Source of the DNA: Octopus vulgaris
Lineage: Eukaryota
NCBI GenBank assembly: GCA_951406725.2
Contig: OX597830.1
Span: 14,880,001-14,944,000, forward strand
DNA length: 64,000 bases
Direction: 5' to 3'
Shown here: positions 43,343 through 55,769 of the stretch, piece after piece
Layout: every line of letters begins with the position of its first letter
Position numbering within the stretch: position 1 is the stretch's first letter
Made by a program: the position numbers and the translations under genes
Notes under the pieces: model-generated
Told to the model about the DNA's origin: nothing
Seen by the model: only the letters and a program-made list of their open reading frames with translations
Database searches by the model: none

Positions 43343-43723
43343 AGGCGCAGGAGTGGCTGTTTGGTAAGTAGCTTGCTTACCAACCACATGGTTCCGGGTT
43401 CAGTTCCACTGCGTGGCATCTTGGGCAAGTGTCTTCTACTATAGCCTCAGGCTGACCAAAGCCTTGTGAGTGGATTTGGTAGACGGAGACTGAAAAGAAG
43501 CCCGTCGTATATATGTATACGTGTGTGTGTATATGTTTGTGTTTCTGTGTTTGTCCCCCCAGCATCGCTTGACAACCGATGGTGGTGTGTTTGCATCCCC
43601 ATAACTTAGCGATAGAATAAGTACTGGGCTTCCAAAGAATGAGTCCTGCGGTCAATTCGTTCGACTAAAGGCGGTGCTCCAGCATGACCACAGTCAAATG
43701 ACTGAAACAAGTAAAAGAGTAAA
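43343..43723 (+). mobile_element. SINE A
   Basis: Match to family with small deletion. Confidence 0.9.
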
Positions 43724-44190
43724 GGAGCATAGTACGTGTCAATAGCTGAAACCATTGTATTCACCAACGTTATCGCCATCGCTTTCACTTATTTCGACAA
43801 CGTCAACATGTTTTTGCCTTTATTTCAACCGTTTGAAAAACTAGCATTTTAAATATTACAAAAAAATGTCAGCATCCTTTCTAGTTTATCGTTCTTCTAC
43901 CGATTAGTTTAGCATTTATTTTATATAAATTGTATGTTTTACTCTCTTTCTTGTCATACACTCCATTTTTCCTGTAATTAATACGATTTTACCAAATTTT
44001 CTTTCTAGATATTTCCTCTGCAATTTTAAACGTAATTGTTCCCAAATGTAGGTTTCCAGTAGCACTTTAGCTCTACCCCACCCCCCACCTCCTCTTTTTT
44101 TTTTAATTCGATTTCAAAATATTTTCTTATTTCCCTATTTTCTTTTCCTATCAATAATATTTCTGTTATTACCATCATATTATTATTTCA

Positions 44191-44234
<44 letters not shown>

Positions 44235-44611
44235 CTCTCATTCTCTCTCTTCAATTCATCTTTACCCTTATGTTCCTCTTCTTAATCTATTTTTAATTTC
44301 CTCATTAATTCTGTTCTTCTTCATCATCTTCATCATTTTCATCATCATCATCATATCTGCCTCTTCTTCCTCCTCCTCCTCCTCCTTCTTCTTCTTCTTC
44401 TTCTTCTTCCTCGTCTCCGACTTCTTTTACTTCTTAATATCTTCTTTACCATCGTCTCCTTCCTCACCTTTTTCTTTTTCTTTTTTTTCTTCTTCTTCCT
44501 TATGGATCATCATTTTATATAATAAATATTTCACTTTTTCCTATATTAATACTCATACAATACCATTCACAAACATCAAATTCATATCTCTCTTCACTTT
44601 CCATTTCTGTT

Positions 44612-44647
<36 letters not shown>

Positions 44648-44724
44648 TCTTCAGTAAATTTTTCTTATGAATTTCACTGTTATGTATTCTCTAGGGTTCT
44701 CCCTTCCTCATGATTATTTCTACT

Positions 44725-44772
<48 letters not shown>

Positions 44773-45219
44773 TGTGTGTGTTTGTATGTGTGTGTGTGTG
44801 TGTGTAGCCTTTATTAAATATTTCTTTCTGCATGTTTATATCACAATCATTTCTCATCTTTTTTCTTTCTTTCTTTTTTTTTGTCATCGCAACCATCTTA
44901 TTACTCATCTTTGTCATTCAATTTTAAGGCGGTTTACTTTTATATTCTTATTGCTCCTTTTTGTTTGCATTCTATTTTTCTCTCTGCTCCCGCTTTACTC
45001 CCTACAATATATATACATACTGCATTTCTTAGAACCTCTTATTGACTTTTCCGACTCCCCTGCCTTTACACAGATTAAGTCTCTCCTTTGACCTCTTCGA
45101 TTATTGAAATTATGTTCTACACGTGAAGATTCCTTGTTTTATCTTTTTTTCTTTTTCTCCTTTCGTTTTCTTCGACAGAGACGAAACATGAGAACCCAAA
45201 GACATCAAATAAGAGGAAT

Positions 45220-47700
45220 TACTTTGCACTTCCGCCTTCCATTGCTTCTTTGAAGTAGTTTGACAAATCTGTGAACTCTGTACAGTTAAGGGATATTGAA
45301 ACCTTACCTCTAGATAAATAACGTTTACTTCTGTTTGAAATGTTATCTGGTAATCTTGGCTTATAGCTTAACTTGAAGAGTTTCTTTTCTACTGGAGTGT
45401 TATACATTTATTAAATATAATAGTAAGCAGGAAGTGATATTACTTACGATTTAGGCAATTCGTAAAATTACATTTTTATTCGTTGCTTCTCTGAGCTGAC
45501 ACTAAACATTTTATCCTGACCTAAGAATTTGGTAAGTGCTTCTGTAGTCTCATTTAAAATTGGCAAAGTATCAAGAATTTTATTCGAAAGCCACGTATCA
45601 ATTATGAAACCACCTGGTTAAAAAGTTTGAAATGAGTTCTTGTTGCTTCTTTTCTTTCGTTTGTCTGTAGTATTACAGGTATGGGCTAATATCACCTTTG
45701 ATTTTATCTTCCACCTTTGTTGGATTGGTTCATCTCCCTGGAGTTGATTTAAACTTTTACTTACCTGGAACTGTTTTAATATTTCATCTGTCTGTGACTG
45801 ATCTGATATTTAATCTACATGTTGATCAGTTAAATACCACTTATGAGTTATGGAACTAAAAAAAAAATCTTAAACAGGCTGTTTGCATTTCTAGAACATT
45901 TTATTACAGAAACAAATTAAATTGTTCTAACAAGGAAAATTACCAATCTATGGGTGTATGATATAAGAGACTGGAATAACTATAAAACAGTGTATGTTAC
46001 TAGGATAGTCCCAATGTTCATAAGAATTAATTCAAGCAATATTCTTGTTGAGTTATCGTAAATGCTAAATACATATATTTGCAAAAGGTCGTCGTTGATA
46101 GAATTGAACTATCCATCATTATGTTGATAACACCTCTATCAGAGATTAAAGCTCTCGCTGCTTCCATAATGCTATCACATTGTGTCATGACAAAGAGAAT
46201 TAGACGATACAATCAAATGTCATTGAAAGGTTTTAAGATAAATCTAGCGATACTAAAGACGCTGGAGAGGTGTTTAATGCAGTTTGACTTACAAATCATT
46301 TTTAAGTATTTATGAAATCACTACAATCTCATTCCTAATATCTCATCCAATTTCCATTTGATATCTCCACAGGAAATAGAGAGAAAGCTGACAATCGATG
46401 CTTATTTTAATTACAGCGAGAGTCTAACGATCAATGAAACAAATATGATTAATGTTATGGCTTCTCAAACACAGTAAATGTATCAACGGTGACCTTACAC
46501 ATACGGAATCAACTATTGAAAAGGCCGTATTTATCACCATCAGTTTTTTTTTTTTTCTTCCGTGGATTTTGAAATTTGTTGATTGCCCGTTGGCACAGTG
46601 CCTCAAATCTGTCTGTTTAAATAGTCATCTTTTACTATACAGTTTCCTCAATCACATCGGTTATTATATGAAATTCAGAGGTTCATATAGGCAACTGATC
46701 GTTAAACTTCAATTCAATATATTTATCAGTGAAAAACTGTAATAATTCAACTCCAAGAAGAAAGCTCTACAAAGCGTACAGTGGACAAGTAGATGCGATG
46801 TAGTCTCGGTCAGTACTATTTATCACCACGTCACTTTACTTATCAACTTTCGCACCACACTGTAGTCGACCTGGTATTAAAAATAACAACTTCAGCAACT
46901 TAGCTTATCAATGTCTATTTGAGAAATAGTATTTCTGATTGCATAGCGCCATAATTAAAGGTTTAATAACAACATAGATGATAATGTACTGGATAATATC
47001 TTAATAAGCCAGTGTTGGCTCCCCACCGGTACATTATAAGAAGACATGGCTATATCCATTAGATATACAACATATAGTGATGTTCAAGTATATCTCCAAC
47101 TACCTAATTTTTACAAGTACAATCCGATGTTTTATAAGCAGTGAAGTTGGGGGCTAAATATGTGACAGAAGATGTTGGTGTTTACATCTTCAATGACGAA
47201 ACTGAAGCGAACCCCAACTGAATAAAAAAGGGTCTTTTTATATTTCAAACTTAACTATACAGTATGACTGTTTGTATAACAGACATTAAACTTTATCGTT
47301 TACTTGTAACAATTCTTTTTTCATTAACTATACAGAGCCAGATGTGTAAAACAATATCTTATTCACTAGAATCTACTCGTTCATTGCCAGTTTCATATCA
47401 TCACTTCTTTAATTGACCTTCACAAGATACGAAGTCGTATATTTACTTAAGCTAATAAACTGACTAGATTTATGTAGCGATAACTATAATTTTGAAGGCG
47501 AAACCTATGAGATAAGTTTGTCATTTGTGCCTTTTATAACAGTATTAAAGAGACAAGTGTAATGGAATACCTATACTACAAAAACGTAACTGTATTGCAT
47601 ACAAGGAGCATCAAGGCTTCACCGCTATTCACGGCCACCCTGTATCAAATTCGATGATAAGGACTTATTTTTATATATATATACCCTCAGTAAGTAGAGT
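45220..47700 (-). pseudogene. Decayed micro-intron gene; tentative C2 + RasGAP-like product
   Basis: Candidate GT..AG introns of 27-39 nt at 45278-45307, 45491-45520, 45665-45695, 45738-45764, 45971-46000, 46172-46210, 46262-46292, 46613-46640; splicing mostly preserves frame; scattered stops. Domain call is by eye only. Confidence 0.55.
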
Positions 47701-48789
47701 GTTACAAAATATTTTGTGATGTTCATACCTACCTCAACAACATCAGTAGACAATAGAATTAAAAATGTAGCAAATCAGTGTCATATATAATTTAGTGTAG
47801 TTATTATAATCTAGTTCCAGTTCAGTCATGATTGGTCAGACCTCTCTTCTGCAGATCTTTGATGCCACGGTCTTTCTATCTTCATTTCAGAATAAGTGAA
47901 TCTAGGATTATCTTTTTGAATGAATTTGCTTTTTTTTTAACGCTTTGATTTAAGAAAAATTTTACTATGTTTGCGATGGGATTGTTTTATTTGGTAAAAC
48001 TTTGATCGAAGCTGCTGGTCCTAGACGGTCGGGTGATCACGCAAATGTTCCGTCACTCACACGTGGTTTTGTTGAATGTAGGAATGCACAACCATAACAA
48101 TTGTGGAACCAACAAAACTAAAGTCTCTCTTCAGTTGTAACCAACATTGTTCCGAATATTATAAATCTTCTGTAGTCTATTTTTGCTGTTACTTTTCATT
48201 CTAGTTTAAATAATTTGATATTCCACTGACGTTCTAAGTTTAGTCAGACTTGAATTTTTGATTACCTCCATTTTCATTTACTTCGTCATAGATGCCTTTA
48301 AGGGAAACGAAACATGCCATAACTTGCCCTGTTGTCTTATATTCTAACAAAATCTTGTATCTTCTCCATTGCCTCAAACTTCAACAGCATCACGGCGCTT
48401 AAGTGTCTCACTTCTCCACAAAGTATTAGAACCTCCTCTTACAATTCAATAAAATCTCACAACTCATCCATTCTCTCACACACCAACAACATACAATAAC
48501 TTTCCATTGCCTCACATACAACAACAGGTCATAACTCCCCCTTATCTTTTACAAGATCTATGTTATATCTCTCCTTTGTCTCACACACCAGCCACATACA
48601 ATAATTCTCACGTCTTATAAACAAAATAGTTTTTTTATTGTTTCCATAACACCCTATTGTCTTAAACTACAACATATCTCATTTCTTTCATGGCCTTATG
48701 ACAAAATATATCGTAATTGCTCATTCCTTTAAATATCAACCGCATGTCATAAGAAACCCATCTCAAAACAAAGTGTCTTAACTACTCTC

Positions 48790-49108
48790 TCTTTACTCTT
48801 TACTCTTTTACTTGTTTCAGTCATTTGACTGCGGCCATGCTGGAGCACCGTCTTTAGTCGAGCAAATCGACCCCGGGACTTATTCTTTGTAAGCCCAGTA
48901 CTTATTCTATCGGTCTCTTTTGCCGAACCGCTAAGTGACGGGGACGTAAACACACCAGCATCGGTTGTCAAGCAATGCTAGGGGGACAAACACACACACA
49001 TATATATATATAGCAGAAGACACTTGCCCAAGATACCATGCAGTGGGACTGAACCCGGAACCATGTGGTTGGTTAGCAAGCTACTTACCACACAGCCACT
49101 CCTGTGCC
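48790..49108 (-). mobile_element. SINE A, internally deleted
   Basis: Reverse complement of family. Confidence 0.9.
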
Positions 49109-49236
49109 TATACTCAATGACATAAACTAACAAATTATCAGAATTCCTTGCAAAATGTTCCCCTGATCCCTAGTACTCCTCAGTGATTTAGCCATGTCTC
49201 CGTCATTCACATTACTTACATCTATATCTGAGTGCA

Positions 49237-49437
49237 ATGTTTTGGCATTAGGTGATATATTTTAAGTAACGTAAATATATTTTTAATAATTCTAAGCGGC
49301 TTTGTAAGGACCAGAAATCTTCCCTTGATATGATTCCACTGTAATGCTATAATACTTTCCTTCCTAGCTGGTGTTGTAGCTACTCTTGGACACGAATGAG
49401 CGCCAAATAGAAGGACATGTAGAATTACGTGTACTTT
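49237..49437. repeat. ~200-bp diverged local duplication (partner 52650-52848)
   Basis: Shared GGTGATATATTTTAAGTAACG...GAATTACGTGTACTTT with scattered substitutions. Confidence 0.92.
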
Positions 49438-49636
49438 CCAATGTATTCAATGAAGTACCTACAAAGACTTTCAATCTAAATATCTATGAATGCTCGATAA
49501 ACATTACAATCACAGTCATTTCGCTTCTAGGCAAGTCTTTAAAGATAAACGAATTCCAGTAACATTGATGTTTCTTTTACAAAAATGACGAGCAACGTCA
49601 GCTGACCACTTTTTCTTTGGCATTCGTCATATTACA

Positions 49637-50032
49637 CTAGCAGTATCGCCCGGCGTTGCTCGGGTTTGTAAGGGAAATAACTATATAAGCATTTTTAGAG
49701 AGTTATAGCCAAAAAATAGCCAAAAAATGCATTAAAATGGAAAAAAAATTATGGTAATTTTTTTTTTAAATCGTTGACTCATCGTAGACATTTTTAGAGA
49801 GTTACTTCCCTTATATAATAGCGAAAAATGCATTAAAATGGAAAGAAATGATGGTAATTTTTTTTTTTAATCGTAGACTCATCGTAGACGCGCGCTAATA
49901 CCCAGAAGGGCTCGATATGAATCACGACTATAAGATACCAGGTTTTGGTTAAACTGCACCGCAAAATGTGGGAGTAGTTAGGAATCTAAATCGTAGGAGA
50001 CAGACACACAACCTTACTTTTATATATAAAGA
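49637..50032 (-). mobile_element. Non-autonomous Helitron, second copy
   Basis: Reverse complement of 11883-12280, same termini and A|T insertion site. Confidence 0.9.
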
Positions 50033-51163
50033 TATATATAAACTTACCTGCTTAAAACCATTGTTGCTAGTTTATTATACAAACCTAACTGGCAGAATGC
50101 TTATTTTACAGTTAAATATGTAACAATAAACAGAAAAGAAATCATCTAAGAGATGAATATGTATAAACTATTTCATAATGTTTGTCTTCGAAATGAAATA
50201 TTCTGCAGGGTTTTTTTTTTAGGTGCAATTGTGCTTTTTGAGATTATTTTCGAGTTTTACATTATATTAAATCAACCAATCACGATAGGTGAGTGCGTTT
50301 GAGGTCAGATAAACTTTGAAACGAAGAAAAACCGAACGTTCTTGAAATACAAGAATGTGCTGGAAAATTATTCGTAATTAACCAAGGGACACATTTACAA
50401 GAAGTAAGCCATGTCAGCAGATCGCAATAGAGTTTTAAAAAAAAACACACACACACACACACAAACAAATAACTTCCAGATTTTGTTTATTATTCAGGAA
50501 ACAAGAAGTAAGCAATGTTTAACTTAGAAAAAACAATACATTAATAAACTGTATTACCATCACCACCACAACCATCACCACCACAACCATCACCACCACC
50601 ACCATCACCACCATCGCCAGCATCAACTTTATTCTCATAATCATCATCAGCATCAGCACAACCATCAATCATCATCAGCATCATCATCACCACGATCATC
50701 ATCAACATCGTCATCTTAGTCACCGTTCATCGTCATCATCATAGACATCATCAGCTGCAGCAGAAGCGTCCTCAACATCAAAACTCCCGCCGCCACCACG
50801 AGTATCATAATCATCATCTCTTATCATCCCCTTCCTCCTCCTCCTCCTCTTCCTCCTCCTCTGCCTCCTCTTCCTCCTCCTCTGCCTCCTCTTCCTCCTC
50901 CTTCTCCTCCAGCTCCTCCTTCTCATCATTGTGGACATCGTCATCGTCGTCATCGTCGTCGTCGTCGTCATCACCATCAGCGTCAACACCGCCATTCTCT
51001 TTGTGACCATCCCTCAAATTATCAACTTTATCATCTCCTGTTCAGTGTTACCATCATTGTCGATATCGCTCTCATAATTTATTATCACTATCAACATTAT
51101 CATCTGTATAGGTCCCGATATTTAGTACCTTCGTTCAAGATCGAAACAGCATACGAACTAAAA

Positions 51164-52407
51164 AGTAGTGTTTGTCGCCACTTTAGCGTGGGTGTTCTGT
51201 AAGAACCGACAATACTGTTAGTTTAACCCTAGGCAGACATCGTCGGTTCCTACAGATCAACCACATCAAACTGGCGATGGACACTACTTTCTGGTTGGTA
51301 TACTGCGGCGAGCTGGCAGAATCGTTAGCACGCCGGACGAAATGCCTAGCGGTATTTCGTCTGCCGTTACGTTCTGAGTTCAAATTCCGCCGAAGTTGAC
51401 TTTGCCTTTCGTCCTTTCGAGGTCGATAAATTAAGTACCAGTTACGCACTGGGGTCGATGTAATCGACTTAATCCGTTTGTCTGTCCTTGTTTGTCCTCT
51501 CTGTGTTTAGCCCCTCGTGGATATCAAAGAAATATGTATTTCATCAATCTTTACGTTCTGAGTTCAAATTCCGCCGAAGTCGACTTTGCCTTTCATCCTT
51601 TCGGGGTCGATTAAATAAGTACCAGTTACGCACTGAGGTTGATGTAATCGACTTAATCCGTTTGTCTGTCCTTGTTTGTCCTCTCTGTGTTTAGCCCCTC
51701 GTGGATATCAAAGAAATATGTATTTCATCAATCTTTACGTTCTGAGTTCAAATTCCGCCGAAGTCGACTTTGCCTTTCATCCTTTCGGGGTCGATTAAAT
51801 AAGTACCAGTTACGCACTGAGGTTGATGTAATCGACTTAATCCGTGTGTCTGTCCTTGTTTGTCCCTCTATGTTTAGCCCCTTGTGGGTAGTAAAGAAAT
51901 AGGTATTTCGTCAGTCTTTACGTTCTGAGTTCAAATTCCGCCGAAATCGACTTTGCCTTTCATCCTTTCGGCGTCGATAAATTAAGTACCAGTTGCGTAC
52001 TGAGGTCGATCTAATCGACTGTCCCCCTCTCCACAAAATTTCGGGCCTTGTGCCTAGAGTAGAAAAGATAATGCATCGATCTCGAACGGAAAGTTTCTTA
52101 CGTACAAGTTTCCTTGTTACAAGGTCAGTGATTGTATAATACTGTATTTTATATATATTACAAGCGAGGGCAGATTAATGCCATGCCTGGTGAACGAATA
52201 ACTACCACTAAATTGATCCAATAAGACCGAATTCACGTGATTAGATGGTCTCTGTTCTAGGGTGGCAGGTTTCTCTCCCGCTTGCGATTAATATCGAGTG
52301 CGAAAACGCACTAAATAACTAGTTCGAAGAGGTCTTCCTGGGGTTAAAATAGCAGTATTGTCGGTTCTTAGAGAATACCCATATTAAAGTGACGATAAAT
52401 ACTACTG
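51164..52407. mobile_element. Tc1/mariner-like non-autonomous element with ~75-bp imperfect TIRs, interrupted by SINE B
   Basis: 51164-51239 is the inverted match of 52332-52407 (shared TAAGAACCGACAATACTG); right end ACTACTG|TA. Confidence 0.7.
51305..52067 (+). mobile_element. SINE B tetramer (head, three tail-1 units, final tail-2 unit)
   Basis: 184-bp period; junctions AAAGAAATA(T/G)|GTATTTC at ~51535, 51719, 51902. Confidence 0.92.
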
Positions 52408-52409
52408 TA

Positions 52410-52480
<71 letters not shown>

Positions 52481-52979
52481 GAGTCAGAGAGCAAATGAAA
52501 ATAATTTTCAAAGCAATTTGTTGGAGTTACACATTGGCTGTTCAAAAGAAGGATCTGCTGTCGAACATCTGATGTGACGGATCACGAGACTGTCGTGTAA
52601 TCTTAGTCGAACTGTTATTGAATCCATATCTGTGTGTTAGTGAGTGTACTGTTTTGACATTGGGTGATATATTTTAAGTAACGTAAATATACTTTTACTA
52701 ATTCTAAGAGGCTTTTAAGGACCAGAAATCTTCCCTTGATATGATTCCACTGCAATGCTATAATGCCTTCCTTCCTAGCTAGCGTTATAGCTACTCTTTG
52801 ACACGAATGAGCGCCAAATAGAAGGACATGTAGAATTACGTGTACTTTCTACACACACACACACACACGCACACACACACACACACTCACACACACACAC
52901 ACACACACACGTGTTTGTATGTATAGCATAAAATTCATATTATGCCTATGTGTGTGCGTGTCTGTAAGTGTGCATGTGT

Positions 52980-53600
52980 TTGACTCATTTGTTTCTTCAT
53001 TTTTGGGAAGTAGGAATGTTACACCATGAACTAGCCAAGAGGGCATCATACTAGGATGTTGCAAAACATCGTTTTAAAGTTTTTTAGCAGTTCATGTCTC
53101 TTTGGAAAGGCATTCAACCAGAAGGAATTTTATTCTTTCCTGGAGACTTCCATTTGCTTGATCTCCTGAGAGCAGATCTTATGTCTTCTACTTCGACACC
53201 CTCCCCCTTTTGCTCCTCTACGGAATCTAAGTCTGTCGATATTCTATCCATCCAAGGAGCTTCTTCATTCTGTATTTTTCTTCTATCCAAATTTTATTCC
53301 ATAATTCCTGCACATCTTCTTTTGGTGAGACAGACTTTACTGCAACTGGTGTTTTCCCAATCTTCCTGTAAAAATGTTTGGGGTTATTTTTGAACTTGTT
53401 GTTGTCCTTGAGGAATCTAACGCGCTTTTCATACATTGCTATGCGGGCATCTTTAGCACATACATGCTTGATTGTTTCTACGGTAGCATCAATGTAAAGT
53501 ATGGTTTTCATATTATATTTTTTCTTTAATTTTTAGATTTTGTAGATTTGGTAGACTTGTCAAACTTAAGGTTTTTCAAACATTCTATGTCAGACCTATT
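52980..53600 (-). pseudogene. R4/Dong-clade retrotransposon pre-RT ORF fragment
   Basis: RIAMYEKRVRFLKDNNKFKNNPKHFY, ELWNKIW, KWKSPG, PSWLVHGVTFLLPK across frameshifts. Confidence 0.8.
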
Positions 53601-54916
53601 ATTATTTTTATTATAGTTTTTTAAAAATAAGGTCCATTGTCTTCTGCTGAACCGGGGTCACCCTTTGGAACCGGGGTCACCCTTTGACCCTAGGGTCACA
53701 GGAGGTCCTCATCTCATGGGGAGTGCACGGCGTAAAATGTGTATGAAACCTGGCAACACTATTTTCTGATGTTCTACGTCAACACAGCAAGGGAGTTTGT
53801 TGAGCTGCTTATCAAGGTCCTTTTTAATTAACCCTAACACTCCAATCACCTCTGGTGCTGTGCTACTTTTCATTCCCCACATCTTGGTCACTTCTATTTC
53901 TAGGTCTATGTACTTAAATGACTTTTCAACTTCTTTAATGGACACATTTCTCTCTGATGGTACTGTCACATCTATCATTGAATATTTCTTATTCTTCCCA
54001 TCTTTGATGAATATGTCTAGTCTGTTTGCCTTGATTTGATTATCGGTGTTGATTGGCATGTCCCAGAGTACTGCTACATCATCTTTTCCGGTCATAGTTT
54101 CAGGTTTATGCTTGTACCATCTTTCTGAAATTGGAAGCTGGTAGTGTTTACATATCTTCCAATTGATATATTGTGCTACTCTATCGTGTCTATGAATATA
54201 TTCGGTTTTTGCAAGCTCTGTGCATCCAGTTAAGATGTCGTCCACTGTTTCATCATGCTCATGACACATTCTGCATTTCGGGCCAGTGCCATCGTTCATT
54301 ATTTTGTTGTGATAAGCCCTGGTTGCCAAGCTTTGATCTTGTGCTGCTATGATAAAACCTTCGATTTCAGCCTTTAGTCCTGAGCTCTTCATCCATACAC
54401 GAGTGTCTCGTTTTTCTACGTCTGGTTTTTTCACTCTACATGGGTATCAGCCAAGCATCAGTTTTTCTAGCCATTCTTCTTTGCTCTTCTTCTGGGCTTG
54501 TCTTTCACCTCTTCCTTAATTCTTTTAGCAAACTGGGTTGCTTTCTCACTCGCCTTCATCCTAGGTTACTCCATCATCAGTTGCTTCTTTAACTGTACAA
54601 ATCCTTTGTATACCGAGTATAGCTTCTTTACTTTATCATGCTGGTGCACAAGCTTCATTAGAGGATCTTTTGACAGCTCAAGATATATATTTAATCCTAC
54701 AGTGGTGGTTTTGTAAGATAATTCTAATTGAGTTAGTCCTCTTCTTCCCATGCTTCTCGGTAAATAAATCCTGTTCACGTCCGCTTTTGGCTGGTTCATT
54801 CGAGCCATGGTTAGTAGTTTTCTGGTCTTGGAGTCTAGCTTCTTTATTTCGCTCATTTGCCAGTTGATTATGTTGAAACTGTAAGCCACGATTGGTACTG
54901 CAAGAGTGTTAATGGC
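53600..54916 (-). mobile_element. 5'-truncated R4/Dong-clade (RLE) retrotransposon: RT thumb, CCHC knuckle, PD-(D/E)XK endonuclease, 3' UTR
   Basis: ORF 54566-54889 PKADVNRIYLPRSMGRRGL; ORF 53709-54434 IAAQDQ, CRMC..ETVD.IL.GC, RHD, NRLDI..ID..P, EK..KY; motifs mutated (non-functional). Confidence 0.93.
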
Positions 54917-55066
54917 TTCTACAACTGACCTTTTGTTTTGCTTTTGTTTGTCTTAGTTTTAATAATAATCCATGTGCCGAGTGTATGCCTAGGAGAACTA
55001 TTTTCCGTGCGTTCGCGTATTTATAATATCTAGAGGTGGGTGGGGTCATCTATTTGTCTGCATATT
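54917..55066. repeat. ~150-bp diverged direct duplication (partner 55457-55609)
   Basis: CTACAACTGACCTTTTG...CATCTATTTGTCTGCATATT in both. Confidence 0.92.
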
Positions 55067-55082
55067 ATTATTATTATTACTA

Positions 55083-55119
<37 letters not shown>

Positions 55120-55129
55120 CATTATTATT

Positions 55130-55174
<45 letters not shown>

Positions 55175-55379
55175 GTCATCATCATCATCATCATCATCAC
55201 CACCATCATCATCATCATCATCATTATTCAGTAGTTTTATTTTTATCACGTGCTTTCACTGCACTACCGAACGCAGCTCTGTGTGCCTTGGGTTTGTGCT
55301 GTGGTTTGTGGTGATGCTCTTACTTTTATTGTATTGAAAGTGTTTTACGTAGATTGTATGCGGTGCCAAGGAATGCTAC
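55067..55379 (-). mobile_element. 3' terminal fragment of a second R4/Dong family with (GAT)n/(TAA)n tail
   Basis: Minus strand AFLGTAYNLRKTLSIQ* resembles the R4 ORF terminus, followed by 3' UTR and trinucleotide tail. Confidence 0.75.
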
Positions 55380-55769
55380 ACGTATATATCATTATTGTTG
55401 TTATTGTGTTATCCTTATGTAATAGTCTTAATCTTATTAGCTATTTTCACTCCACTGCTACAACTGACCTTTTGTTTCGGGTTTGTGTTGCTTAGTTTTA
55501 ATAATAATCCATGTAATGAGTGTATGCCTAGGAGAACTATTTTCTGTGCGTTTGCATATTTGTAAATAATATCTAGGGGTGGGTGAGGTCATCTATTTGT
55601 CTGCATATTTTTATCATTGCTAAGACACCAATGTTTACAGGGATTGTTTCTGCTTTCCAGCCCAACCCTGTTTTTTTTTCATATATTATCTCTCTTCCCA
55701 GATTTTTATGAATAGATAATAACGTATCTATTCATTCTTGATAGACTCCGGCAGATTCGTAGATGAATA

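Noticed and set aside
53709-54434. Intact 241-aa gene
   Set aside because: Fragment of a truncated R4 ORF with mutated CCHC and PD motifs and upstream frameshifts.
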